A stretch of 64,000 nucleotides of DNA from positions 288,001 through 352,000 of the forward strand of contig JBBFKX010000001.1 in assembly GCA_037481815.1 (NCBI GenBank). The letters are read 5' to 3'. This document shows, in pieces, positions 49,999 through 59,525 of the stretch. The notes under the pieces were generated by a model, which made no database searches, was not told the origin of the DNA, and saw only the letters and a list, made by a program, of their open reading frames with translations. The translations under genes were made by a program, and so were the position numbers. The first letter of the stretch is position 1. Each line of letters begins with the position of its first letter. The DNA comes from a candidate division WOR-3 bacterium. Its GTDB lineage: Bacteria; Hydrothermota; 32-111.

Positions 49999-50393
49999 GT
50001 AAACACATTCTTGCTGAGTTCTATAAATGTGACTCAGCGATTTTAAACGATGTTGCTCAAATAGAACAACTCATGGTTGAAGCAGCAAAAAGAGCAAGAG
50101 CAACAGTCATATCAAGTTCTTTTCATCACTTTTCACCTTTCGGAGTTAGCGGAGTTGTAGTCATAGCCGAATCCCACCTCACGATTCACACCTGGCCAGA
50201 ATATGGATACGCATCTATAGATATCTACACCTGCGGAAACACTCTTGACCCCTGGATCTCGTTCAAATACCTTGTAAAAAAATTGAAAGCGAAAGAAACT
50301 TCTATGATGGAAGTTAAAAGAGGACTTTTTGATGTTGATGGAACATTGAAACACAAAACTGATAAAAGTTCAACAGAAAAAATAGGAGTTTAA
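49986..50393 (+). CDS. speD: S-adenosylmethionine decarboxylase proenzyme
   Basis: LGKHI, FSPFGVSGVVVIAESHLTIHTWPEYGYA.DIYTCG (E-S pyruvoyl cleavage site). Confidence 0.93.
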   Translation: MQALGKHILAEFYKCDSAILNDVAQIEQLMVEAAKRARATVISSSFHHFSPFGVSGVVVIAESHLTIHTWPEYGYASIDIYTCGNTLDPWISFKYLVKKLKAKETSMMEVKRGLFDVDGTLKHKTDKSSTEKIGV

Positions 50394-50394
50394 A

Positions 50395-50862
50395 ATGAAC
50401 CTTTTCACTCCCAAAAGATTTTTCTTTGTTGCGGGGCATTCAGAAGGTTTTTCAAAATTGAATTCTTTTGATTGTGCTTTACTCAACGCAAAAATAGGAA
50501 ATATGAATCTTATTAAGATATCTTCGATAATCCCACCTTATTGTAAAAATGTTAAATTCATAAAGATTCCACAGGGAAGTTTTATTCCAGTTGCGTATGC
50601 TTCAATAACATCAGATATGACAGGACAATACATCTCGGCTGGTGTTGCAGCAGCAAAACCTGATGATGATTCTTTACCCGGAGTAATAATGGAATACTCA
50701 TCTAATGGAAGAAAAAAAGATATTGAGGATATTGTAAGAAGTATGGCAGAAGAAGCGATGAAAGTAAGAGGAGTTTCGAATTTTACACTTCAAAGTAAAG
50801 CGTGTGAACATAGAGTTAAAAGAATCGGAACTGCATTCGCAGCCGTGGTTTTGTGGGAGTAA
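50395..50862 (+). CDS. pdaD: Pyruvoyl-dependent arginine decarboxylase
   Basis: LNSFDCALLNAKIGNMNLIKISSIIPP (S-S cleavage site), GVIME, AFAAVV. Confidence 0.88.
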   Translation: MNLFTPKRFFFVAGHSEGFSKLNSFDCALLNAKIGNMNLIKISSIIPPYCKNVKFIKIPQGSFIPVAYASITSDMTGQYISAGVAAAKPDDDSLPGVIMEYSSNGRKKDIEDIVRSMAEEAMKVRGVSNFTLQSKACEHRVKRIGTAFAAVVLWE

Positions 50863-50864
50863 AA

Positions 50865-51728
50865 ATGAAAGAGTTCAACACTTCCGGACAAACTGAAATC
50901 TGGTTTACAGAGTACCATACAAAAAATACTGGAATCACATTCAAAGTCAAAGAGACACTTTATAGAAAAAAAACTCCATATCAGGATCTTGTGATACTTG
51001 ACACTTACGAATATGGTAAAGTGATGATCTTGGATGGATTGGTAATGCTTACAGAAAGAGATGAATTCTTTTACCATGAGATGATAACTCATATACCAAT
51101 AAATATAAATCCTTCTATAGAAAATGTTCTGATAATCGGTGGTGGGGATTGTGGTACTTTAAGAGAAGTTTCAAAATACAAACATATAAAAAAAATAAAA
51201 ATGGTCGAAATCGATGGTGAAGTTGTTAAATCATCTAAAAAATTTTTCCCTCAGTTAAACAAAAATCTATCAAAAAATGCTAACATCATAATAGGAGATG
51301 GAATCGAGTTTGTGAACAAAACAGAAGAAAGATTTGATTTGATAATAATCGATTCTTCTGATCCTGTAGGACCAGGTGAAGGACTTTTTACTGAAAAATT
51401 TTATAAAAACTGTCATAGGATTTTGAGTAAAAATGGATTTCTAACCGTTCAAGCTGAAAGTCCATACCTTCACAAAGAATCCGTTAAAATAATATTTGAA
51501 AGGATGAAAAAAGTTTTTAAAGATGTAAAACCTTATCTTGCTTTCATACCAACTTATCCCTCTGGAATGTGGAATTTTATGATATGCTCAAAAGAAAAAT
51601 TTGACATAGAAATAAAAGATAAAAATTTAATAAAACCTTTTGAAAAAAGTTTAAACTATTACAACCACGAGATTCACAAAGGTTCGTTCGCTTTGCCAAA
51701 CTTTGTAAAAAAGATCTATGATCTATAA
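50865..51728 (+). CDS. speE: Polyamine aminopropyltransferase (spermidine synthase family)
   Basis: LDG..LTERDEFFYHEM, LIIGGGDCG, EID, DSSDP, PTYPSG.W. Confidence 0.95.
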   Translation: MKEFNTSGQTEIWFTEYHTKNTGITFKVKETLYRKKTPYQDLVILDTYEYGKVMILDGLVMLTERDEFFYHEMITHIPININPSIENVLIIGGGDCGTLREVSKYKHIKKIKMVEIDGEVVKSSKKFFPQLNKNLSKNANIIIGDGIEFVNKTEERFDLIIIDSSDPVGPGEGLFTEKFYKNCHRILSKNGFLTVQAESPYLHKESVKIIFERMKKVFKDVKPYLAFIPTYPSGMWNFMICSKEKFDIEIKDKNLIKPFEKSLNYYNHEIHKGSFALPNFVKKIYDL

Positions 51729-52542
51729 TTTTCTCGAATCATCTGAAGATAGAAAAAATTCTGAAATAATTATCGTCGGTTATCCATTCGATTCTACATC
51801 ATCTTTTAGATCTGGCTCGAGAAATGGGCCAAATTCGTTAAGATTTTTTTCATGGAACCTTGAGACATTTTCAAACTATCAAAAAAAAGATATCCATACT
51901 AAAAATTATTTTGATATGGGTGATATCGAATTACCTCTTGGGAATATCAAGAAAACAAATGAAATAATATTTAAAACAACAAAAAAACTTTTAAAATCAA
52001 ACAAAAAAATAATTTCTCTCGGTGGAGAACATTCAATTACTTACCCTATCATAAAAGCGTTCAACGACTTTTATGACGATTTTATTTTGATAGTTTTTGA
52101 TGCTCATGCGGATTTACGAGAAGAATATATGGGAACAGCATTTTCACATGCGTGTGTAACAAGAAACTGTGCAAAATTGATTGGCGAAAGAAGGATATGT
52201 CAGTTAGGGATCAGATCTTATACAGAAGAAGAATACGAATTTTCAAAGAAACTTCTCTTTTTCAATGAACGACTTGATTCTTTTGATTTCGATCTTATAA
52301 AAAATAAAAAAATTTATATTTCAGTAGATCTTGATGTTCTTGATCCTTCGATTCTTCCCGGAACAGGTACACCAGAAGCGGGCGGATTGAATTTCAAAGA
52401 GTTTATAGATTTTCTCTTAAAATTTAAAAATTTTGAAATCATCGGTACCGATATCGTCGAACTTTCTCCTGAACATGATGTATCAGGAATATCTTCTGCA
52501 GCTGCTGCCAAAATAGTTAGAGAACTTATACTTCTTTTATAA
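51718..52542 (+). CDS. speB: Agmatinase / aminopropylagmatine ureohydrolase
   Basis: GGEHSIT, DAHADLR, SHA, DLDVLDP, PGTGTPEAGG, DIVEL. Confidence 0.92.
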   Translation: MIYNFLESSEDRKNSEIIIVGYPFDSTSSFRSGSRNGPNSLRFFSWNLETFSNYQKKDIHTKNYFDMGDIELPLGNIKKTNEIIFKTTKKLLKSNKKIISLGGEHSITYPIIKAFNDFYDDFILIVFDAHADLREEYMGTAFSHACVTRNCAKLIGERRICQLGIRSYTEEEYEFSKKLLFFNERLDSFDFDLIKNKKIYISVDLDVLDPSILPGTGTPEAGGLNFKEFIDFLLKFKNFEIIGTDIVELSPEHDVSGISSAAAAKIVRELILLL

Positions 52543-53212
52543 AAAATTTTCTGTTAACGATCTCATAAATTCCAAGATATAATGTTAACAAAGAAAAATT
52601 ATAGAAAAAATCCTCAACGGGAATAGTTCCAATTCTTAGATTTGTAATCGCACTTTTGGAGTAGAAAACGATCGGGATCCCAGTCAATAAAGAATTAAAA
52701 ATGAAAAAGAGTACAAAGGTAATAACAAGAAAGATATAGTAATGAACATTTTCAAGAAGAAAGTTAAAACAATAAGATAACATTATAAATGTCAGTCCTG
52801 TAACAAAAAACACTGTTGAAGTGTAGGGAGTAAAAATAAAATATACACCCAAAAGAATAAATGTTAATCCAGTTGATGTAGTCATGATGTTGGGCAACCG
52901 TTTCATCTTTGTATCAAAAACAAAAAACTTTATTCCTTCATAGAGAAATAAACATGCGTATGGAACAGTTAAAAAGAAAAGTATTTCTTCTAATGGTAGA
53001 TCAAAAATTCTTGTAGTGTTAACATATTTTGAATTGAAATACCAGTCTCCCCTTTTTGTTGCTACCGAATCCCATATTATAAAGGGAATTCCAACTGAAA
53101 GGAAAGATATAAAAAATGAAACCAATTTTTTTAATGTATATTTGTGGAAAAGAATTGAACCTATCAATGGGAAAATTATAATGATGATATTGATCAGAAG
53201 ATATCTACTCAT
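52526..53212 (-). CDS. Lycopene cyclase domain protein (fused CrtYc/d-type, membrane)
   Basis: WD..A..RGDWYF, LPLEEILFF, IGTIPVEDFFY. Lies in the crt cluster. Confidence 0.85.
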   Translation of the reverse strand: MSRYLLINIIIIIFPLIGSILFHKYTLKKLVSFFISFLSVGIPFIIWDSVATKRGDWYFNSKYVNTTRIFDLPLEEILFFLTVPYACLFLYEGIKFFVFDTKMKRLPNIMTTSTGLTFILLGVYFIFTPYTSTVFFVTGLTFIMLSYCFNFLLENVHYYIFLVITFVLFFIFNSLLTGIPIVFYSKSAITNLRIGTIPVEDFFYNFSLLTLYLGIYEIVNRKFFIKEV

Positions 53213-53768
53213 TCAACAACCTTATGAGTTTTAAATTTTCATCATCTTTCAATCTTCTTGTTGATATAATATATTTTATCATATCAACCTGAATTTTTCG
53301 AGGAACAAATGAAAAATCTTTATGGAGTAGATAATTGAAGACAAACTTTAAATCCTCATTTCTCTTTTTTGAAACATTAAAATAATCAGGGAGATTTTCA
53401 TAAAATGAAAATCTTAAAAATCTGATTTCGAGACAATCAGGGAACCTGTTAACAGAACTGTCGATTATTGAAATCGCCTTAAAAACAAATTTAACTTTTT
53501 TGGGAATGTTTTTTTCAAACTTCCCTTCAAGACCTTTTAAACATGCGTAGTAAGACATGAGTATTGGATTGTATTTTGAAACATCTGTTCCAAAATTTTT
53601 TTCCATATAATTTTGCAAAAATTTTGTCGTATCAGGATTATCGATCGCTATATAATATTTTTCTCTTATAAAGTTTAATTTTTCATAATCGATTTCCTCT
53701 TTATATGGATTATTGGGAAAGACATTTATGGTAAAAACATATATAAGAACTAAAAGAAGTTTTTTCAT
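53205..53768 (-). CDS. Exported hypothetical protein in the crt cluster
   Basis: Signal peptide; EIRFLR....NLP.YF motif. Confidence 0.6.
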   Translation of the reverse strand: MKKLLLVLIYVFTINVFPNNPYKEEIDYEKLNFIREKYYIAIDNPDTTKFLQNYMEKNFGTDVSKYNPILMSYYACLKGLEGKFEKNIPKKVKFVFKAISIIDSSVNRFPDCLEIRFLRFSFYENLPDYFNVSKKRNEDLKFVFNYLLHKDFSFVPRKIQVDMIKYIISTRRLKDDENLKLIRLLNE

Positions 53769-53769
53769 A

Positions 53770-54600
53770 TTAAAAAGTATTAAAAATATTTTTTACACCG
53801 GTAAAAACAATCCTTCTGATCCTGGGCTTAACCTTGATCTTATAAACAATGAAAGGATCATCATAAATTCTTTTAGCAGTATATTTATACATATCTGATG
53901 CTGTTTTGATTGGAACCATAAGATATTTTGGAATATATCTGTAACCTTTTTCTCCAACACTCTGCCACTTAAAATAAAGATCCAATTGTTCTCTCAAAAA
54001 ACCTTTAAATTTTTCTTCCTTTTTTGAGACCTCTTCATAGGTTAAAGAATTTAGATCATATTTTTTCAAGATATCGAGTGGAAGATACAATCTTCCAAGT
54101 TGATTATCCTCATTTATATCTCTTATAAAATTTATATATTGCATCGCTCTGCCTAAATTTCTTGCATAGTGGTATGACTCTTCTGTAAGTCCCATAATTT
54201 TACACATCATAATACCTATGACTTCTGCTGATCCATACATATATTTTATAGTTTCATCGAGATTGAAATATGTTTTTTTATTTATATCCATCTCCATAGA
54301 ACCGAGAAAGGAATCAACCCATTCTTTTTTGATATCAAATTTTTTCATAAGAGAAACAAAACTTTCTATAACCACATCTTCAACTTTCTCCCCTTTCAAT
54401 CTCTTATAAAAATCATTTTTGAACCTGTAAAAACCATCCTTATCCTGAGGAACAGAATCAACAAAATTGTCTGCTTTTCTTACAAAACTGTAAAGAATAA
54501 AAACCCGGCTTCTAACAGTTATTGGGAAAAATACACTTGAATAAAAGTATGTTTTTGACCCATTTTTAAAAATTTGATAAGCGGTTTTATTGATTATCAT
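53770..54600 (-). CDS. crtB: Phytoene synthase
   Basis: SKTYF, YSFVRKADNFVD, SMEMD, YMYGSAEVIG, QYINFIRDINED..LGRLY. Confidence 0.92.
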   Translation of the reverse strand: MIINKTAYQIFKNGSKTYFYSSVFFPITVRSRVFILYSFVRKADNFVDSVPQDKDGFYRFKNDFYKRLKGEKVEDVVIESFVSLMKKFDIKKEWVDSFLGSMEMDINKKTYFNLDETIKYMYGSAEVIGIMMCKIMGLTEESYHYARNLGRAMQYINFIRDINEDNQLGRLYLPLDILKKYDLNSLTYEEVSKKEEKFKGFLREQLDLYFKWQSVGEKGYRYIPKYLMVPIKTASDMYKYTAKRIYDDPFIVYKIKVKPRIRRIVFTGVKNIFNTF

Positions 54601-56059
54601 AAATTTCTTTGATAATTTTCGATAAAACTTCTCCAGCGATCGTTACCATCGGAACTCCGATTCCTGGATGAGTGTAATGCCCAACAAAAAACAGGTTGTT
54701 AACTTTTTTACTTCTATATGGTAATCTAAAAATTGCAGTTTGAAATTTGGCATGGGAAAGACCAAGAGCGTTACCTTTATATGAATTGTAATCTTCTATA
54801 AAATCGTTTATAGAATATATCTTTTTTACCAGAATATTCTCTTTTAAATCAAAACCGGCTAATTTTGAAATTCTGTCAACTATCTTTTCAAAAAATTCTT
54901 CTCTTAACTTATCATTGTCTTCAATACCCGATGCAATCGGAACAAGGATGAAGAGATTCTCATAATTTTCAGGTGCTGTCGTTTTATCAGTTTTTGAAGT
55001 AACGGATATATAGAATGATGGATTTTCAGGCATTTTTTGTATATCAAAAATCGTCTTAAAATGAGTTTCCCAGTCGTTAACAAGATAAAGGTTGTGATGT
55101 TTTAATTTTTCTATTTTTTTCTTGATCCCAAGGAAAATTAAGAAAGCTGATGGACCCAAAATCTTTCTGTTCCAGTATCTTTCATCGAAGCTTTTAAAGG
55201 AAGGTTCAAGCAGAGAGTTTTCAGTAAAATAAAAATCTGCATTCGAAACGATGATATCAGCATCAAAAAATCCGTTGTTTGTTTCAACACCTTTTGCTGT
55301 TCCATTTTTAACAACGATCTTTTTAACTTCATTGTTAAGGAGAATTTTACAACCAAAAGTTTGAGCAACTTCTGCATAAGATTGCGCGACTTTAGAGAAA
55401 CCCTCAAAAGGATAATAAACTCCGGATTTGAAATCAACGTAACTCATAATGGAATAGAACGCAGGTGTATTGTATGGAGAAGAACCAAGAAAAACTGTTG
55501 TGTATTCGAGAATCTGTCTCAATTTTTTGTTCTTAAAAAACCTTTTTACATAACCATCCATGTAATGAAAAATATTGAGTTTTATTCCATCCGTTAAAAG
55601 TTTCAAATCAATAACATCTTTAACACTATCATATTTTCTATATAGAAATTTATCTATCAGATTGTATTGATATGTAGCACTGGAAATATATTCTTCCAAT
55701 CTCTTAGAACTCCCTTTTTCTAAACTCTCGAAAATCTCTTTTATCGATTCGATGTTTGATGGTATATCTATTACCTGACCATCCTCAAAAAATAATCTGT
55801 AGTTTGGATCAAGTTTTACAAGTTTATAGTAATCAAAAAAATTTTTATTAAAATTTTTAAAGAACCTTTCAAAAATCTCAGGCATCAGATACCATGAAGG
55901 TCCTTTGTCAAAGAGAAAACCTTTTTCCTTATATGTTGAAGCTCTTCCACCCACCTGATCATTTTTTTCCAACACTGTTACTTCAAATCCGTATTTTGAA
56001 AGAAAAGCAGCGGTCGAAAGGCCTCCAAAACCAGCTCCAACTATTATCACTTTTTTCAA
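54587..56059 (-). CDS. crtI: Phytoene desaturase family
   Basis: GAGFGGL, EKN..VGGR, FDKGPSW, HHNL, G.ALG, FVGHYTHPGIGVP. Confidence 0.9.
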   Translation of the reverse strand: MKKVIIVGAGFGGLSTAAFLSKYGFEVTVLEKNDQVGGRASTYKEKGFLFDKGPSWYLMPEIFERFFKNFNKNFFDYYKLVKLDPNYRLFFEDGQVIDIPSNIESIKEIFESLEKGSSKRLEEYISSATYQYNLIDKFLYRKYDSVKDVIDLKLLTDGIKLNIFHYMDGYVKRFFKNKKLRQILEYTTVFLGSSPYNTPAFYSIMSYVDFKSGVYYPFEGFSKVAQSYAEVAQTFGCKILLNNEVKKIVVKNGTAKGVETNNGFFDADIIVSNADFYFTENSLLEPSFKSFDERYWNRKILGPSAFLIFLGIKKKIEKLKHHNLYLVNDWETHFKTIFDIQKMPENPSFYISVTSKTDKTTAPENYENLFILVPIASGIEDNDKLREEFFEKIVDRISKLAGFDLKENILVKKIYSINDFIEDYNSYKGNALGLSHAKFQTAIFRLPYRSKKVNNLFFVGHYTHPGIGVPMVTIAGEVLSKIIKEIYDNQ

Positions 56060-56922
56060 CTTTTCGCTCCTTTAAAATTTATACCAACCGAAAAATATTG
56101 GAAATTTTCATAATTTTTACCATAACTCGAAAAGATTGTAAATCTTTCTGAAAAATTGTATAAAAAAGAAATCTGAAATTTTTCAGAAAAAGTGTTTAGT
56201 ATAAAAGTAATATTTTTATAATTGTAATCTAACTCCAATGATGGAGAAAAAGAAACAGATTTGTACACGAATGTATATCCATCGTTAAGATATGTTAAAA
56301 AGTTAAGAAGTATGGATATTTTAAAAGATGATTCATCTTTATTGAAAAGTTTTGAAAAACCAACTTTTCCCTGTGGTTCAAAAAGGTATTCATAACTTTC
56401 ACCAAAATTTTGTACAGGAAACAAATCGTAGAATGTTAATAAAAGAGAATAATCGGACAATTTCTTTTCTAAACTTAAAGAGTTAGTCAATAAGATTGGA
56501 TTTTTTGAAAAATTTAAATAGTCGAAATTCAGGTTGAACAGAAAATTCAAAAAGTTTGTTTTTTTACCAATAAAAAAAGTAAAACTGAATTTATTTAGAT
56601 TTTCATTTTTAATTATGTATGGATAATTGATAGGAGAAGGTTCGCTGGTTGTATCTAAAACAGTTGTATAATCGACAGTGCCATAATTAACAACCTTTAT
56701 ACCAAGTCCAGTTAAAAAGTCCCTGTTCCATAGATAGAGTAAATTAAAAGAATTTGAAAGTTGTGATGTAGTAAAGTTTGTATTTATCCCTTGATCTAAA
56801 TAATCAAAATATTTATAATCAAAACTTGCATCGGGTAAAACTATTTGAGAATATATACCGGTAAAAATCGTTAGGATACAACAAAATAGTATGTTTTTCC
56901 TGATAAATGTTCTTCTTTTCAT
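56056..56922 (-). CDS. Putative outer-membrane beta-barrel protein (possibly PorV-like)
   Basis: Signal peptide, alternating aromatic strands, YFSVGINFK near the C-terminus. Confidence 0.45.
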   Translation of the reverse strand: MKRRTFIRKNILFCCILTIFTGIYSQIVLPDASFDYKYFDYLDQGINTNFTTSQLSNSFNLLYLWNRDFLTGLGIKVVNYGTVDYTTVLDTTSEPSPINYPYIIKNENLNKFSFTFFIGKKTNFLNFLFNLNFDYLNFSKNPILLTNSLSLEKKLSDYSLLLTFYDLFPVQNFGESYEYLFEPQGKVGFSKLFNKDESSFKISILLNFLTYLNDGYTFVYKSVSFSPSLELDYNYKNITFILNTFSEKFQISFLYNFSERFTIFSSYGKNYENFQYFSVGINFKGAKS

Positions 56923-57575
56923 CTGTTAATTTTGTAATTCTGTGGTATTAAAAATTCCCTCTCAAAGTTATCTTTTTGATAACTCAAAAGTTGCATACCA
57001 ACATTAAGATCGTTTCCATTAAAAAGTTTAAACAAAACAGGAATACCTCCATAAATAGAATCGAATATGATCTCAAAATCAAGATCCAGATAACTTTTTA
57101 AAATTTTGTTATACCTTTTGATCATTTTTGATAGGTCAAAGGTTTCTTTTGTTACAAAAAGTGTAATCCTTTTTGAAGAATCTATATCCATACTTAAGTA
57201 TTTAACTTGAATATTTGATAAAACAGTATCCTTAACAAAATTCATCTTTTTATTTTTAAGGATATTCGCATCCAGATATGATGAAAAGAAATCAAAAAAC
57301 TCAAAAGAAAGAACAGTCACCGTTTTATTTTCATCATCAACCATATAAAATGTATCACTATTTTCTTTGAAAATATATCTAATACCCTTACTTTTAAAAG
57401 CGATACTGTTTTCTTTAGTAAGAATATCAAAATTTATTGAAGATGAATCGTTCTCAAAATATTCTTTTAAATTGTATGAAAATTTGTAATCACCAAAAAG
57501 AAATGTGATTAGAAATAAAGACAAAAAGAAAATATTAATTTTACTCGATCTTACAAAGTTTCTGATTCTTGACAA
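56919..57575 (-). CDS. Exported hypothetical protein (DUF4412-like)
   Basis: Signal-like N-terminus, YMVDDENKT, GIP, terminal FLIPQNYK. Confidence 0.5.
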   Translation of the reverse strand: MSRIRNFVRSSKINIFFLSLFLITFLFGDYKFSYNLKEYFENDSSSINFDILTKENSIAFKSKGIRYIFKENSDTFYMVDDENKTVTVLSFEFFDFFSSYLDANILKNKKMNFVKDTVLSNIQVKYLSMDIDSSKRITLFVTKETFDLSKMIKRYNKILKSYLDLDFEIIFDSIYGGIPVLFKLFNGNDLNVGMQLLSYQKDNFEREFLIPQNYKINR

Positions 57576-57852
57576 CTCTTTCTCCTTCTTTTACATAAAT
57601 TTCTTTTATTTCCCCTTCCACTTTCGAATAGATTCTGTTTTTCATTTTCATCGCTTCAAGTATCATCAATACGGTTCCACTTGAAACCTTATCTTTTTCT
57701 TTAACAAAAATTTTCGTAATGATTCCAGGTATCGGGGATCTTACTTCAAATGGATCTTCAAGAGTTGTATCTATAGGTAATTTATAATCCTGTGGAATAT
57801 TCGTTGGATACTGATCAAAATCAACAGATAAATTATTTTTTTTCTTTTCCAT
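57541..57852 (-). CDS. Biotin carboxyl carrier protein
   Basis: SPIPG, LEAMKM biotinylation motif. Confidence 0.92.
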   Translation of the reverse strand: MEKKKNNLSVDFDQYPTNIPQDYKLPIDTTLEDPFEVRSPIPGIITKIFVKEKDKVSSGTVLMILEAMKMKNRIYSKVEGEIKEIYVKEGERVVKNQKLCKIE

Positions 57853-57854
57853 AA

Positions 57855-59399
57855 TTACACCGGCATATTTGAATGTTTTTTGCCTGGAAGGTGTTCTTTT
57901 TTATCCTCAGTTATTTCAAAAGCACTTATAAGCATATTTCTTATCTCATCAGGATTTATAACTGAATCAATATAACCTTTTGATGCAGCAACAAAAGGAT
58001 TGGCAAACTTTTCAATATACTCCTGAATTTTTAACTGTCTTGTTTTTTCTTTATCTTCACTTTCGTCAATTTCCTTCTTAAATATTATATTCGCTGCACC
58101 TTCAGGACCCATTACTGCAATTTCAGCTGTTGGTAAAGCGAAAACAAGATCAGCCCCCAAATGTTTTGAACACATCGCGATGTAACCACCACCATATGCT
58201 TTTCTTAAAATCAAAGTTATTTTTGGAACAGTTGCTTCAGAGTAAGCATACAACAACTTCGCACCGTGTCTAATCACTCCTGCATATTCCTGATCTATCC
58301 CTGGTAAATAACCCGGCATATCAACAAGTGTCAAAAGAGGTATGTTGAAAGCATCACAGAATCTAACGAATCTTGCAGCTTTATCGGAAGAGTTAACATC
58401 AAGAACACCTGCAAGAACATCAGGCTGGTTTGCGACTATTCCAACACTCCTTCCATCTATTCTTGCAAAACCTATAACAATGTTTTCAGCCCAACCTGAT
58501 TGAACTTCAAAAAATTCGGAATCATCAACGATACTGTATATCACATCTTTTACATCATACGGTTCTTTCGAATCATGAGGAATAATTTCTTCTATACTTT
58601 TTGTTTCCTTTGGAGGTTTCGGTTCAATCCTTTTTGGTTTCTCATAACAGTTATCCGGGATATATGAAAGGAGTTTTTGCACCTGAAAAAATGACTCGTA
58701 TTCATTTGATGCGAAGAAATGTATATTACCTGTTTTGGTATGGTGCGTGTAAGCACCGCCAAGTTCTTCCATCGAGATGTCTTCTCCGATCACAGTTTTT
58801 ATGACCTGAGGTCCTGTTATAAACATTTTTGAAAGATCGTTAACCATAAAAACGAAATCCATCAAAGCTGGAGAATAAACAGCACCACCAGCACATGGAC
58901 CAAGAATAACCGAGATCTGCGGAATAACTCCTGACAACCTTGCATTTCTAAAAAATATATTTCCATAACCAGCCAGAGCAGAAACACCTTCCTGTATCCT
59001 TGCTCCTCCAGAATCGTTTAATCCAATGAGAGGGACTCCCATCTTGGCTGCAAGATCCATAATTTTTGTAATCTTCAATGCATGCATTTCACCGAGGGAA
59101 CCACCTGCAACAGTAAAGTCCTGTGCAAAGATACAAACTTTTCTTCCGTTTATTTTTCCATAACCTGTTATTACACCATCACCGGCAAGTGATTTTTTTG
59201 ACAAACCAAAATCTTTTGCACTGTGTTCCACAAAAAGATCGGTTTCGACAAAACTATCTTTATCAAGGAGTAACTCAATTCTATCTCTTGCAAACAGTTT
59301 ACCACTCTGGATCTGTTTTTCGATCGCCTGTTCCCCACCACCTTCCAACAAAACTTTCTTTTTGTTAAACCATTTGGCCATTCTTTCAATAAACTTCAT
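57855..59399 (-). CDS. Acyl-CoA carboxyltransferase (propionyl-CoA carboxylase beta / methylmalonyl-CoA decarboxylase alpha)
   Basis: GKL.ARDRI, GDGVITG, QDFTVAGGSLG, DSGGARIQEG, GPCAGGAVYSPA, RKAYGG, VMGPEGA, KKHSNMP. Confidence 0.93.
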   Translation of the reverse strand: MKFIERMAKWFNKKKVLLEGGGEQAIEKQIQSGKLFARDRIELLLDKDSFVETDLFVEHSAKDFGLSKKSLAGDGVITGYGKINGRKVCIFAQDFTVAGGSLGEMHALKITKIMDLAAKMGVPLIGLNDSGGARIQEGVSALAGYGNIFFRNARLSGVIPQISVILGPCAGGAVYSPALMDFVFMVNDLSKMFITGPQVIKTVIGEDISMEELGGAYTHHTKTGNIHFFASNEYESFFQVQKLLSYIPDNCYEKPKRIEPKPPKETKSIEEIIPHDSKEPYDVKDVIYSIVDDSEFFEVQSGWAENIVIGFARIDGRSVGIVANQPDVLAGVLDVNSSDKAARFVRFCDAFNIPLLTLVDMPGYLPGIDQEYAGVIRHGAKLLYAYSEATVPKITLILRKAYGGGYIAMCSKHLGADLVFALPTAEIAVMGPEGAANIIFKKEIDESEDKEKTRQLKIQEYIEKFANPFVAASKGYIDSVINPDEIRNMLISAFEITEDKKEHLPGKKHSNMPV

Positions 59400-59426
59400 T
59401 TAATACTCCTCTTTTACTATTTATCA

Positions 59427-59501
59427 ATTATATAAAGTTGATTCAACATGTCAATAAACAGACATTTTTTTTGTTGATTACATAAAGATTTAAAATATAA
59501 T
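59427..59501. promoter_or_regulatory. Divergent promoters
   Basis: Minus strand TTGACA-N16-TATAAT (59427-59454); plus strand TTGATT-N16-TATAAT (59474-59501). Confidence 0.7.
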
Positions 59502-59525
59502 TTAAAATCAAAAAAAGGAGAAAAA

